A stretch of DNA of 63,154 nt, the filler included, from Basidioascus undulatus (taxonomy: Eukaryota): the NCBI GenBank assembly GCA_000826855.1. It is 3 parts of 3 records of this genome, joined end to end, with 100 filler letters (N's around TTAATTAATTAA, not from the genome) between each part and the next. Parts side by side here need not be neighbours in the genome. Positions count along the whole stretch, not along the records: positions 21,107 to 42,080 come from JTLS01000348.1; positions 42,181 to 63,154 come from JTLS01000349.1; 1 more part is not named here. One strand, written 5' to 3'. A model generated the notes under the pieces. That model saw only the letters and a program-made list of their open reading frames with translations, was not told the DNA's origin and made no database searches. The position numbers were made by a program, and so were the translations under genes. Of the stretch, positions 38,072-50,167 are shown piece by piece (positions within the stretch are counted from its first letter, which is position 1; the number at the start of each line of letters is the position of its first letter).

Positions 38072-39023
38072 TCATCCAGTCAAAGGCGCCGCCTGCGCTG
38101 CCCTAGCCTGCTGCACCGCCAACCCAACAATCTCCTCCAGCTCCTCGTCCATCCCCTCTCCCTCCCCAAGGCTGACCATCCGTCTCCCAAACGTCTCCCC
38201 AAACGCGCCAATCAGCTCAGGGACCGCATCCTTCACCGTGATCCCCTGTACACGCTCGCGCCCGACGCTCTCGACGGAGCTCATCGACGCGCCCTCGATC
38301 CCGCACGCGACAATGTGGGCGAACCAGTCGAGCACGCGCCGCTCGACGTTCAGCGCGAACCCGTGCGAGGTTACGCGGTGCCGGATCTGGATCCCAATGG
38401 AGGCGATCTTCTCAGTCGGGGACGACCACACGCCTGTGTGCTCGGAGGTGGTGGACGCGATGTCGTATCGAGTTTGGAGCAGGTGGATGAGCGTCTGTTC
38501 CAGGCGTGACACGTAGCAGCGGGTCGAGAGCTGGTGGGGGCGTTTTCAGCTAGGCGCTTTTAAGAGACGGGTAGGGAAGAGGACGCACGTTCATCGGGCC
38601 AAGATTCAAGATCGGGTACCCCACGAGCTGCCCCGGCCCATGGAATGTGATCTTCCCCCCTCGTTGCGTAGCGAAGTAGTCCGCCCCCAGCGCAGTCAAC
38701 CGCCTCCCCTCGGGTGACTCCGCACCGCCCCCCCCGGCCTCGCGCCGCCCGACAGTGTACACGGGCGTATGCTCGAGGAGGAGCAGCACGTCCTGCGCTG
38801 CGATGCGCGCGGTCTCTGCCGTGGGCGAGGAGGTAGTTCGCGCGCGCGCACGACGGGCGACGAGGGACTCTTGTAGCGTTAGGCCGAGGGAGTAGGGGAG
38901 CGGGATCGGGAGGGGAACGGTGATTATGGGGGGGAGGGAGAGGGAGGCGGGCGAAGGGGAGGAGCCGGAGCAGGAGGTGCTGAAGCTGCGGAGGGCGGCG
39001 AGGGGCCGGGAGAAGGGAGGCAT
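38072..39023 (-). CDS. LIP2: Mitochondrial lipoyl(octanoyl) transferase (LipB)
   Basis: Presequence [90 protein letters not shown]; one intron at ~38532-38590. Confidence 0.95.
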
Positions 39024-39824
39024 GCTGGGAGGAGATGAGTGGGTGATGGGATGAGGGTGGAAGTGTAAGTTGTGGCGTGGGGCAAAGGAAAGCCATCTCG
39101 GGAAGCAGAAGTGGGAGATGGAGGCGTGGGAATATGTAATCATCTCGAGTTCGAAGGGGCAGAGCAGACGCTGTGGCAAACAAGGCGTCCCTTGCGCATC
39201 AGGAAAGCAGCGTTCATAAAAATTATATTTTCGTTGTGGTATTCGGTTTTCGATATCGTTAACAGAGGGAACATGGTGAAGCGAAGTGGGGGCATGGGGC
39301 GACGTCGAGCTCGGGAGTTGGAGTGAGAACGCGCCTTGATTGATTGTCCGAGTCCGAAGTTCATATGGCTGGAGTGCAAAGCAGACCGCTGCTTAGAACT
39401 TTGTACTTGGGTCGTTGACCCCAGATCTGTCAACAGCATGAATGCACGGGTATGCACTGGCAGTACGAATCAAGTGCTGGCTGCCAAGGCAGTCCGCCGT
39501 CGGCTCGCGGCGTCGCTGTGGAACTCGTACAACCTTGCACCACACTACTGTGTCCCTGTAATTTTCTGTGAGGTAACTATTTTCTTCCATGAATTGTGGT
39601 AACTTTCCGTACATCTCAACGAAAGGACTGCAGCTACAGCGTGCAACCGTAACCGCTTCCCGCCCGCCATCCGCGGCGAGAGCTGGGACTGTGGCGCCCT
39701 TCCCCCTCGCGCGTCGCGCTCATCCCAGTTCATACAAGCGCAGTCGCGTCTCTCTTCCTCGTTCACGTCTTCCTCGCCCCTTTACGCCTAAGACACCGTC
39801 GCCGCCCCACTTTCCTCATTTCCC

Positions 39825-41730
39825 ATGTCCGCCTCGCCGTCGCCGGCAAAGCGCTCGCTCGACTCGCCCGGCGCCTCAGAGTCGGGCAAGCGCATCCGAC
39901 TCAACGTCCTCGCCCAGCCTGAGGGCGCGTCCCCCGTCGACCCGGCCAAGGAGGGCAAGAAGGTCCGTAGCCACCGCTTTCACAGCGCGTTCGCACGTGT
40001 TCTGATGCATGTGTGACTTGGTGGTGCAGCACGAAGCACACCCCCACCTCGGAGGCGACATCGCCAACATCAGCAATCCCCTCGCTGACCCCGAGCCCGC
40101 ATCCACGCCCGTCGCGGGCCCGACCACGCTCGGCGAGAAAGGCGACGCGGGCGATGTCAGCATGGCGGAAGGGGACAAGGACGAGGACGAGGGCGAGCAG
40201 GGTGGGGCCGCGGGGGAGCAGGCGCGTCTGGCCGCTGAGGAGGACGCGAGGAAGTACCTAGCCGAGCAAACGCAGGTGTGTTGCGGACTCTCCCTTTTCT
40301 TTATTTCTTCCGGTGCGCTGACGTTTGCGCGCCTGAGCAGGAGATCATCATCCCCTCTTACTCGGCGTGGTTCGACTTTGGCTCTATCCACCCCATCGAG
40401 AAGCGCTCCCTGCCCGAGTTCTTCAACAACCGCAACCGCTCTAAAACGCCCTCCATCTACAAGGACTACCGCGACTTTATGATCAACACATACCGCCTCA
40501 ACCCCAGCGAGTACCTCACCTTCACCGCCTGCCGCCGCAACCTCGCCGGCGACGTCTGCGCTATCATGCGCGTCCACGCGTTCCTCGAGCAGTGGGGCCT
40601 CATCAACTACCAGGTGAGTGCGGTGGCTGCAGGCCGGGGGAAACTTCGTGTGCTCATGTATGCGGTGGAAACACCAGATCGATCCCGACACCCGACCTGC
40701 CGCGCTCGGCCCGCCCTTTACCGGCCACTTCCGCGTCACGCTCGACACCCCGCGCGGCCTGCAGCCGCTGCACCCCGGCACGCGCCCTACCGCGGTCAAG
40801 GCCGAGGGCCCGCACCCGACCGCCGCCACCGCCGGCGCGGGGACGACGCCGAACGGGACGAAGCCGTCTGTGAACCTGGACCTGCGCAAGTCGATCTACC
40901 AGACGACGATGAAAGGCGGCACGCGCGAGATCTCCGAGGCGGAGGCGTCCGCGCTCGCGTCCTCCGCGGCGGCGGAGAACGGGAGCGCGCCCACGCCGGC
41001 GCGCTACTTCTGCGACGTGACGGGCGTGGACTGCACGCGCGAGCGGTACCACTCGATCAAGCACAAGGACTACGTCATCTCGCCGCAGGTGTATCTCGAG
41101 GGCCGCTTCCCGAGCACTATGTTCTCGGGCGACTTCATCCGCATGACGGACGACAAGTTCAAGCACGCCGCGGGCGCGGGCGGCGACGAGCCGTGGACGG
41201 ACCAAGAGACGCTCCTCCTCCTCGAGGGCCTCGAGATGTACGACGACGACTGGAACGCCATCTCGGAGCACGTCGCGACCCGCTCGCGCGAGCAGTGCAT
41301 CATGCACTTCCTCCAGCTCCCCATCGAGGACCCCTACCTCGAGCCCAAGTCCTCCGCTGCCCCCGCCGGCGCTGTCCCGTCCTCGCCGGGCCCGAATGCC
41401 CCGCCGATGCAGGGCGACCTCGGCCCGCTCCAGTATGGCCGCTTCCCGTTCGCCCAGGCCGACAACCCCGTCATGAGTGTCGTCGCGTTCCTCGCGAGCG
41501 TCGTCAACCCCGCGGTCGCCGCCGCCGCCGCGCAGAGCGCGCTCGGCGAGCTTACGGACGGGCTGAAGAAGCGGGCCGCGAAGGGCGCGGAGAAGAAAAA
41601 GGACGCGGCCGCGGAGGGGGAGGGCGAGAAGGCGGAGGACGCGGAGGGTGAGAAGGCGGGGGAGGGCGAGAAGGAGAAGGAGGAGGAGGAGGAGGAGGAG
41701 GAGCAAGGAAGGGAAGAAGAGGAGGAAGAG
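39825..41730 (+). CDS. SWI/SNF-RSC subunit SWI3/RSC8/SMARCC family (SWIRM, ZZ-like, SANT); C-terminus missing
   Basis: [10 protein letters not shown]...[51 protein letters not shown] (SWIRM); [63 protein letters not shown] (SANT); [18 protein letters not shown]. Confidence 0.93.
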
Positions 41731-42080
41731 GATGCCCTCGAGCTCTCGGACGACTTCCTCGCGCGCTCCGTCCTCGGCACGTCCCTCGGCGTGGGTGTCT
41801 CCCCCTCCTCCTCCTCCGCCGCCGCCGCTCTGCCCCTCGCCTTCCGCCCGTGCCCGAGATGTGCAAGCGACCTCCCGCCCGTGCCGGATTTTGACCCCGC
41901 GAGCGCGGTGTTTGTGCACGCTCGGGATCTGGGAAGGCTGGGGATGTTTGAGGGGGACTGGGTGAGTCCTCCGCTCTGAGAAGGAGTGCAGCAGTGCTGA
42001 TTTAGGAGGACAGGCCATCGCTGGAGCGGACGACTCCCCACGCCGCCTCGTGCGGGTGTACCTCACGCCGTCCTCCTGGC
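41731..42080 (+). CDS. PEX6-like N-terminal fragment fused in frame after a GAG-rich tract
   Basis: ELSDDFLARSVL...AVFVHARDLGRLGMFEGDW|AIAGADDSPRRLVRV resembles, from recall, the fungal Pex6 N-domain (L.klG.F.GDW...RLVRV). It is unrelated to the SWI3 C-terminus. Confidence 0.6.
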
Positions 42081-42180
42081 NNNNNNNNNNNNNNNNNNNN
42101 NNNNNNNNNNNNNNNNNNNNNNNNTTAATTAATTAANNNNNNNNNNNNNNNNNNNNNNNNNNNNNNNNNNNNNNNNNNNN
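42081..42180. other. Artificial contig spacer (N44-TTAATTAATTAA-N44)
   Basis: Same 100-nt linker as at 21007-21106. Confidence 0.97.
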
Positions 42181-42203
42181 CCAGGCGACACGTGCTTAAT
42201 TTA

Positions 42204-43850
42204 GTGTCCAGCACACTCCTTCCCCCCCTGCGCCGACGCCCTCCCAATCACGCACCCTCACCCCCCGAGCGTCCGTCTCCTCCCGACCTTCCACGCCTCT
42301 CCACTCCCCGCGCCCTGCCCCCTCGAGCACGGGCGGCACAGGCTCGCGCTTCGCCCCGCCCCGCGCCGCACACCCCGCGATCGGGAGCTGTCGCTCCGTG
42401 TACTGCTACGAGCGGCTGAACCACATCGAGGAGGGCTCGTATGGCGTTGTGTTCCGCGCGCGGGATAAGGAGACGGGCGAGATTGTCGCGCTCAAGAAGC
42501 TGAAGCTCGATGAGGAGAAGCATGGGTTCCCGATTACGAGTTTGCGGGAGGTGCATACGCTGATGGTTTGTAGCCATCCGAATGTCGTGGGGGTCAGGGA
42601 GATCGTGGTCGGGGATACTTTGACGCAGTGCGTTCCTCTCCTTCCTTCTTCCCGGTCCCTCCTTGGTTTCTCTCCACTCCACTCCACTCCTCCCTCCCAG
42701 CCCCCGCCTTCACGACTCACCCCCCTCCCCCAGAGTCTTCATAGTAATGGACTTCATCGAGCACGACCTCAAAACGCTCCTCTCCACCATGCCCGAGCCC
42801 TTCCTCCAATCCGAGATCAAGACGCTCCTGCACCAGCTCCTCTCGGCGATCGCGCACGCGCACCAGCACTGGGTCCTCCACCGGGACCTCAAGTCGTCCA
42901 ACCTACTCATGAACAACCGCGGGCAGATCAAAGTCGCGGACTTTGGGATGGCGCGCAAGTTCGGGGACCCCCTTGGCGAGATGACCCAGCTCGTCGTCAC
43001 CCTGTGGTATCGCGCCCCGGAGCTGCTGATGGGCGCGAAGGAATATACGACGGCGGTGGATTGCTGGAGCGTCGGATGCATATTCGCGGAGTTGATTACG
43101 GGAGAACCTCTATTCCCGGGACGCGGGGAGCTCGATCAGATCAAGCAGGTGCGTGCATGCCTTTCTCTTTCTCCCCTTCTCTTGCATCGCCTCTTTCCCT
43201 CTTCCCATCTTCCCCTTCCACCACCGACCTACTTTGCTCACCCGTCCGCACCCACCCAGATCTTCTCCACCCTCGGTCAACCAACCGAGGACGTCTGGCC
43301 GGGCTTCTCGCGCCTCCCCAACGCGCGGAACATCAACACCTCGGCCTTCCCTCCGTCCGCTCTCCCCCCCTCTCCCCTTCCCGTTCCACAGTCCCATCCT
43401 CATCCGGCATCCCCAACCCACCCAGATATTCCTCCCTCAAATCCCGCTTCCGCACCCTCTCCGAAGCCGGGCACGACCTCCTCGCGCGCCTGCTCGCGTA
43501 CGACCCCGCGCACCGGATCTCGGCGCAGGAGGCACTCGGGCATCCGTACTTCCGGTGCGTGGCTCCTCCTGCTCTTCTTGGACAGGGGAGAGGTCTGATG
43601 GAGAGTGCGATGGGGATGGGGGAGAACAGCGAATCGCCCCTCCCTAAACACCCAGATCTGTTCGGGTCGTTTCCTTCGGTGGCGGCGGGGGAGAAGTACG
43701 TCTCTTCTTCTGTCTCTCTTCCCTTTCCTCACAACAACTCTGATGATGTTGCTTGTTGTTGTGGGGGAGAAAAGGCGTCAGAAACCGTACGACAGCCCGG
43801 CCGCGCCGTCCAGGCATCCGACCATTCGGGGGTACGAGCTGGTGCTGTGA
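42204..43850 (+). CDS. CDK11: Cyclin-dependent kinase of PITSLRE/CDK11 type (5'-truncated at contig start)
   Basis: CRSVYCYERLNHIEEGSYGVVFRARD, VALKKLK, GFPITSLRE, HRDLKSSNLL, ADFGMARKFG, VVTLWYRAPELL, YDPAHRISAQEALGHPYF, ESPLPKHPDLFGSFPS. No ATG before the first splice acceptor. Confidence 0.93.
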
Positions 43851-45231
43851 CGCGCGCGCGCGCGCGTGGGGTAGAGTGGGGTGCATGGATGATTTCGGAT
43901 GGATCGGTGTGTTGTGCGTGGAAGTGGGGGACGTCGCTGTGTAGGTCGGAACGGCGGCGCGGCTTTGATCAAGCGCTCACCGCGCGCTTTTCGAACGTGG
44001 TTTTGGCCATCTATCGCTCATCCTTTTCAACGGCGTACAAATGCCGCTCGCCGAACTACTGCAGATGCCGCTTTCGACTGCCACTTCAGGGGTCGTCGCA
44101 CAGCTGGGCTTCCTGTTCTCTCGTTCGCTCATCGCTCTCCTCCAATGATTCATACGATCAACACTCGCTTGAATGCGTTTTTGTTTGGGCCACGATGAGA
44201 TTCGATACATCTTACGCTGAAGCTCGCGCTCAATGCGATGCCATTTTCTGAGTGGCGCACGCGCTTACGCTCTGCTTCAGCCGTGCCTGACTCGTGCGCG
44301 GTATTCTTCCCACCGGTAGTTACGCCTGGGCGCTTTGGATGTCCTAGGGTATGCAGGGAAGATGGTCGGGGTGCCGGTCGCTACTTTGTTGCCCTGCACA
44401 CGCGTACGGTGTCGATGTTGGGTCGTCCAGCCCTCCCCCGCGGACAATCACATGTCGTTTTCTCGTGACAGCTTCCTTTGGCTTTCTTTTGGAGCCCTTC
44501 AATGTAGTAGGAAAGGCCCAACCTCCACATTACGCGGATCAGAGATATTGGGGATGTGAGTTGGGCATGAGTGGTCTCCGCACTTAGCGCGACCGCCAAA
44601 CTGGCCGGAAGACGATGAGTCGACTCGCAGCGATACCATGAAAACCCGCTGCGGCTGAGATTCTTCTTAGGATATATCTGGTACATTCTCGGCGTGTCGT
44701 ACTCCAGAGCTGGACAAACGGTTGCCCTCGGTTTGCCGACTTTTCATTTATATACAGCGCGGGCTTTTTTCCTCACGCCGCACGCCGCCGCCGCCTTGGC
44801 ACTTTGGAGTTTGGAAGCTCACCACTTGGGAGGCAAGTGCGCTTTAAGTGCTCGGACAGATTATCATTCCCCTTTATTCGCTGATAATGAGACAGGTTGG
44901 AAGTTGCTGAGTTACGCAACACTCTTTCCGGGTCCATGAATTTTTTTCCTCGCACGACGACTCACACCGATGCGGCAGTTTGACAGCTTATACCGATCCA
45001 GAAGTGAATGTTACTCGATTTCGACGACTCTTTTACTCCTTCGAAACAGAATGTGGCGCGTACTTGTTACCGCCAAGTCGGTACTGTAGGTACGTGCCCC
45101 GACGCCTCGGCCCGCGGGTACACGCTCAGGCAGTTTTCACAAAGCCGACGGAGATCAGGGCCTCCTTCCAGCTTGCTACCGTCCGCGTTGTGCACACATC
45201 CATCTTTGTCCATCAACCACTCACTGAGACC

Positions 45232-47221
45232 ATGGCTAACGGACATCCTTCTCCCTTCGGGTCGGACGCGTTCCCGCCGCACCTCGCCGCCGAGGCGTTC
45301 CTCCTCTCGGGCGCGGCAAAGCACGGCCAGCGCTTCGAGACGACGTTCTTCAAAGCCGTGCTGGGCGGACTGTTCCTCTCTCTTGGAGCCGCGTTTCACC
45401 AGGTCCATCAAATCTCTGACCATTCTGACCGCAAGACAAATTGGACTGACGAAGCGATTTTCTCGTTGGCCACAGCTCATCGCGTGCGGGTCGCCTGACC
45501 TCAAGGAATCGAATCCGGGCCTGCTGAAAGTGCATCCTTTGCTCAAATCCTCTTGGATGGTTCGAGATTACTTATTCTTTTGAGGTTGGTAACCGGCCGC
45601 CGCCGCTTTCGTGTTCCCACTGGGAATCATCGTACGTCTGCGCTCTACTATTGCTCCAACACATGACGAAGACACTGCTGACGCCATCGGTTCGCAGATG
45701 ATCGTCCTGCTGGGGCAAGAGCTGCTGACGTCTAATATGGTGGTGAGTTATGTTTCTTTATATCGGCAGTACTTGTGTAGTTGACGGAAGTTGCAGATCT
45801 TTCCTGTGAGTAAGCCGAGTTTGGCGCCCTAAGCCTTTCAATGGCTGAGCCGCGAATGCGTAGATGTCCGCCTTCAAAAGGCGGATCCCTTGGTGGTCTA
45901 CCCCAGTCAATGTGGGTGATCGCTTTGACGCTGAAGACACTCAAATGCTGACTAGACCCTTTCCGCCAGTGGGCCATCGTCCTCATGGGCAATCTTGCGG
46001 GCTCGCTGTTTGCGGCTGCCATCCTCGTGAAATGTGTGTCACGGATTACCTCCTATCTCAACTTGTCGAGTTGATTTTTCCCCCTTTAATAGACACTGAA
46101 ATCTTCCAGTCTGTCCCTTTCCATTCGGTTTATTTTGAGGAGGACTGACACGGCTATTCTTCGTTGCGGGTACGAGGGTGCCCTCGCAGCTATGGCCGTC
46201 CATAAGGCGGCGGACCCCACTTGGATCGAGATGTGAGTGTATTTCATTACAAATAGCTGGTGTCTCACTGAATACTAAGTCCTCAACAGCTTCTTGCGAG
46301 CGGTCGGCTGCAACATCCTCGTCTGCTGTGCCGTTTTCCAGAGCGTTTCTGCTCGGGAGACGGCGAGCAAGGTGGGTTGCTGGACGGACCATCGTGCCTA
46401 GAACAGGACCGCTGAAAATGAATATCTCTTTAGATCTTGGTACTTCACATGCCTATGTGGTGCTGTACGTCGGTTATCCGCTGACCTCGAATGCCGCATT
46501 CAACTCATGGCGGTTCCTCATGCTCCGCAGTTGTATCCCTTGGCTTCGATCACGTCGTGGCCAACATGTACATCGTGCCAGTGGGCATGCTTTTGGGAGC
46601 CGACATCTCTGTGGGGTAAGCATAAGGGGCGCCTAGCGTTTACGAGCATCGAGCTGATCCACCCCGAGTATCACAGGTTCTACATCTGGCACTCCATGAT
46701 ACCGTCTTTCCTAGGTACACCTCTCATTGCTGACAAACAATCTGGATGAAGTTATATTTATTAAAACCTTTCCTCTACAGGCAATGCCATTGGTACGCAT
46801 GCTAGGACGAGCTGTTAGCACATCTGGCGGACGCTGAGATACATTTTAACAGGTGCGCTAATTCTGGCTGTTCCGTTTACGTAAGTCCATTTCGCATCCT
46901 AATCAAAAAGATTAAGTCGGTATCAACCTGCGTATGCCAGCATCTTCTGCTCGAATCAACCCGCAACGAGTATGGCTTTAACTCGTTCTCATGCTGCACC
47001 CAGCTGACCTTTTTCTCGCCAGCTCCGCTGCGGAGCCCGGTGGCGCTGAGACGCTGCTCGACTCTCGCCAACTTATCATCGCGAGCATCGTGGATAAGGA
47101 CGGGCGCGAGTACCTGCCGTACGCCGCATCCGCAGGCCTGCGCGCTACAATGCACCAAAAATCGTCGGGTGGGAGCGGGACTATCACCCCCGAGGAGTCA
47201 GGGGCGAAACATACAGTTTAG
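45232..47221 (+). CDS. Formate/nitrite transporter (FNT) family protein, many exons
   Basis: FFKAVLGGLFLSLG, NPGLLK, AFVFPLGII|MIVLLGQELLTSNM, IVLMGNLAGSLF, FLRAVGCNILVCCAVF, LGFDHVVANMYIVPVGMLLGADI, GNAIG. Confidence 0.9.
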
Positions 47222-47938
47222 AGGACCTCGCGTTGACGGATACGGATGAATTATATGGCTGTGCGACTCTCTTTCTGGAGGTATTCCCAGCAAATGCGAC
47301 TGCTGTGTAAGACATGTAGCAGGAAGCCTTCGTGAAATGGTCGCGGTAGGCGAAGGCAGATAAGTCGCTGAGCCTCGAAACAAGATGTTCGTCCTACATT
47401 TTGAGTTGCAATGCAAGTCTACACCACTTTTCCCGTTGCCAAACGTATCACCCTAGAGCGGCGGAAAATTGCCGGACGCTACCCGCAGAAGAAGCACGCA
47501 ACGCAATGCCGCGTGCTCGCCATCGTTGAAATAATATGGCTTCGCCCGTCTTTGTGCAAGTTATCAGGATTATGAAGTTTTCTCTACATTCAGTATTGGT
47601 TGAGATTCTCTTGTTGGAGTGTCCGAAAAGTAGCAGTTTGAAACGACGCGAGCAGTTCTTTAATGTCTAATCACTGATCTCACCGAAGACTACGCACGGA
47701 CATTCAACGCAATCCTTGCATGTCTTATCAGGAGAAGGAGGAGCTCCGCTTCCAGTGGAAGTGCGAGAGTTCGCAATTCGGATGGCGAGGATCAACTGCT
47801 TCTGACGTGCGCAAGTACTGGCCTCGTCAAGCAGAAAACCGCCGCTAGCTTGATCGGGACCCTTGGCTTTCTTGTCGCCCCAGTCCTACAAGCACCCCCT
47901 TTTTACTGCATTCTTTGCCACAGCCCAAAAAGACCACT

Positions 47939-50167
47939 ATGGGGATACCAAACTTTTTTGAGGGATACAGAGCGCCCCACTGGTTCAGAAGTGTCCTCTT
48001 CCAAACCATTATCATCGGGCTGGTCTCCTTCACCCAACCGGGCATCTGGTCCGCCCTGAACAGTAAGAGCCCACCCTTGTTCCGTTCGTAGAATTATATG
48101 TTGCTCACCTGGTTCTCTTTTCCCTCGACAGACCTCGGCGCTGGGGGACAGGCCGAGCCATACTTGATCAACGCCGCGAATGCCCTCACTTACGGTAGGT
48201 ACCTTCTTCAATTGATCAGACTTCTAGTTCAACGAAGATTAAAGCTACGATTGGTTTCAGGTATCATGTCTTTTGGGTGCACCCTGGCGGGAGGTCTCGC
48301 GAACAAGATCAACGTGAAGTGGACGCTTGTCCTCGGCGTTATCTTGTAGTTCACGATCAAGGCGTCGCTCTGAAGCCAGCTGACCAATGTGATTCCACAG
48401 CTATACCCCCTATGCTTCGAGCCTTTACTGTAACAACCGGTAGGTTCGCAGAACCAGCTCCTTATTAGCTTCGGCTCATGTTTCCCGACAGCTTCGGCAA
48501 TGAGTGGTATGTGCTTTTCGGCGCAGCACTGTGTGGCCTCGGCGCGTCTATGTTCTGGGCCTCAGAAGCGGCCATCGCAGTTGGTGCGTCTAAGCGCCAC
48601 AGGCATTACGGAACTCCGGACTTCCTGAAATGTTCTCATCATCAGGCTATCCCGAAGCCTCCCAGCGAGGCAAGATGGTTGCAATCTGGTATACACTGTC
48701 CCTCACTCCACATCTGTTTCCTCCCAGTTGAAGGCTTGTCGTACAGGATGGGTCTGAGAAACATCGGCCCCCTCATCGGAGGTGCGATCTCCCTCGCTCT
48801 GAACATCAAGACAAATGAGACTGGAAAGGTGTCGTGCGTCGGGTTTCTTTCCTCGGATCTGCCCTTCGATTGGATCCGACAAGCCTGAATCAACAAGAGT
48901 TACCCGAACAGGTACAACACTTATCTTGCTCTCATCGGACTGCAATGCCTCGGCTTGCCGCTGGCCCTCCTGCTCTCTCCGCCGAGTAACGTGCAGAGGA
49001 ACGACGGGACGAGGGTCCACTACCTCCAGAAAACTAGCTGGAAGCACGAGCTCAAGGGAATCTGGCAGTTGTTCAAGTCCAAGCGGATTCTTCTCCTTAT
49101 TCCAATCTTTATCGCTGGACGTGCGTCAAGCCTGTCCTTTTTCCATCCGTGCAGCAGGCTGATCCTGTCCTTGTGTTACTATACAGAGTGGGGTGTAACC
49201 TATCAAGATAAGCTCTATTTTCATTCTTCCGTAGGGGTTTGAACTGATAAATTAGGGCCAGCACGCAACTACCTGACCAGGTACTTCACGGTCCGCTCTC
49301 GCGCGCTCGCATCCCTCCTCACCGCGATCGTGAGCATCGCGGGCGACCTGATTACGGGCTTTGCTCTCGACTACAAGCCATGGAACCAAGCGCAGCGTGC
49401 CCGATTGGCTTGGGGATTTTTCGCAGTCACCATTACCGGTAGGTTTGCTGTCGAGCCAGCTTTTCTTGAAGCTGACCACAAGAACACGCTTCATCGCAAA
49501 GGGCTGTGGGTCTGGCAAACGATCGTCCAGGTGTTCTACTCCCGCTCCCCGCCCAAGCTGGACTGGGAGGAGGGATTCGTGTTCAACAGGGGGTTTGCCG
49601 TGTACATCCTTTGGAAATTCGTTTACGAGGCCCTCCAGGTGAGCAGTTGTCTCGTAACACATCTGCGCAATGTTATCGGGCTAACATCTGTACCTAATGT
49701 AGACGTACCTGTACTGGTAAGTTGATGTACTGCACGAGATTAGTTAACTTTTCCGGGCTTGCATCTGATTGCCACTGTCCCAGGCTTATGGGCACTTACG
49801 ACCACGGCGTTGGGAGCCTCGCGCGCACGACCGGCATCCTCCGCACATGGGAATCTGTAGGATCAACGTTCGCTTACGTGTGAGTCCTAAGCATGTCCAT
49901 ACAGCGCCATGGAGTCAATATTCCCTCACATTGCTCTCCTTAAACGCACTGTCCAGCGTCGGCGCGACCCACTGGCCGTATCTCAACTCGGAGATCCTTT
50001 CCTTCGCCCTGTGGCTCGCGACTATCCCGACTACTACGTGGGCGGTCTCACTCATCAAACCCACGCCACCTACGGTTGCCGAGGCAGCTGAGGAGCTCGA
50101 CCCCCCCCTGCCGTCGGGCACGACGAGCTTCTCCGACGAGAAGGAGAGAGAAGCGGCGGACGTGTGA
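47939..50167 (+). CDS. UNC-93-like MFS transporter, many exons
   Basis: SVLFQTIIIGLVSFTQPGIWSALN|LGAGGQAEPYLINAANALTYG, YASSLYCNN, FGAALCGLGASMFWASEAAIAVG|YPE, LLSPPSNVQRNDGT, NYLTRYFTVRSRALAS, LARTTGILRTWESVG. Confidence 0.9.

Noticed and set aside
40654..42066. Long antisense ORFs (470 aa here; also 26404-27420, 28005-28952, 17891-18643)
   Set aside because: Shadow ORFs opposite real genes, caused by high GC3 and scarcity of stop codons; no domain-like content.
42398..44251. 617-aa ORF suggesting a kinase with a long novel C-terminus
   Set aside because: The ORF reads through introns and leaves the kinase frame after VVGDTLTQ; the spliced CDK ends at 43850.
45232..50167. FNT plus UNC-93-like transporters as a nitrate/nitrite assimilation cluster
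   Set aside because: No nitrate or nitrite reductase nearby; the scattered GATA motifs are no more than expected by chance.
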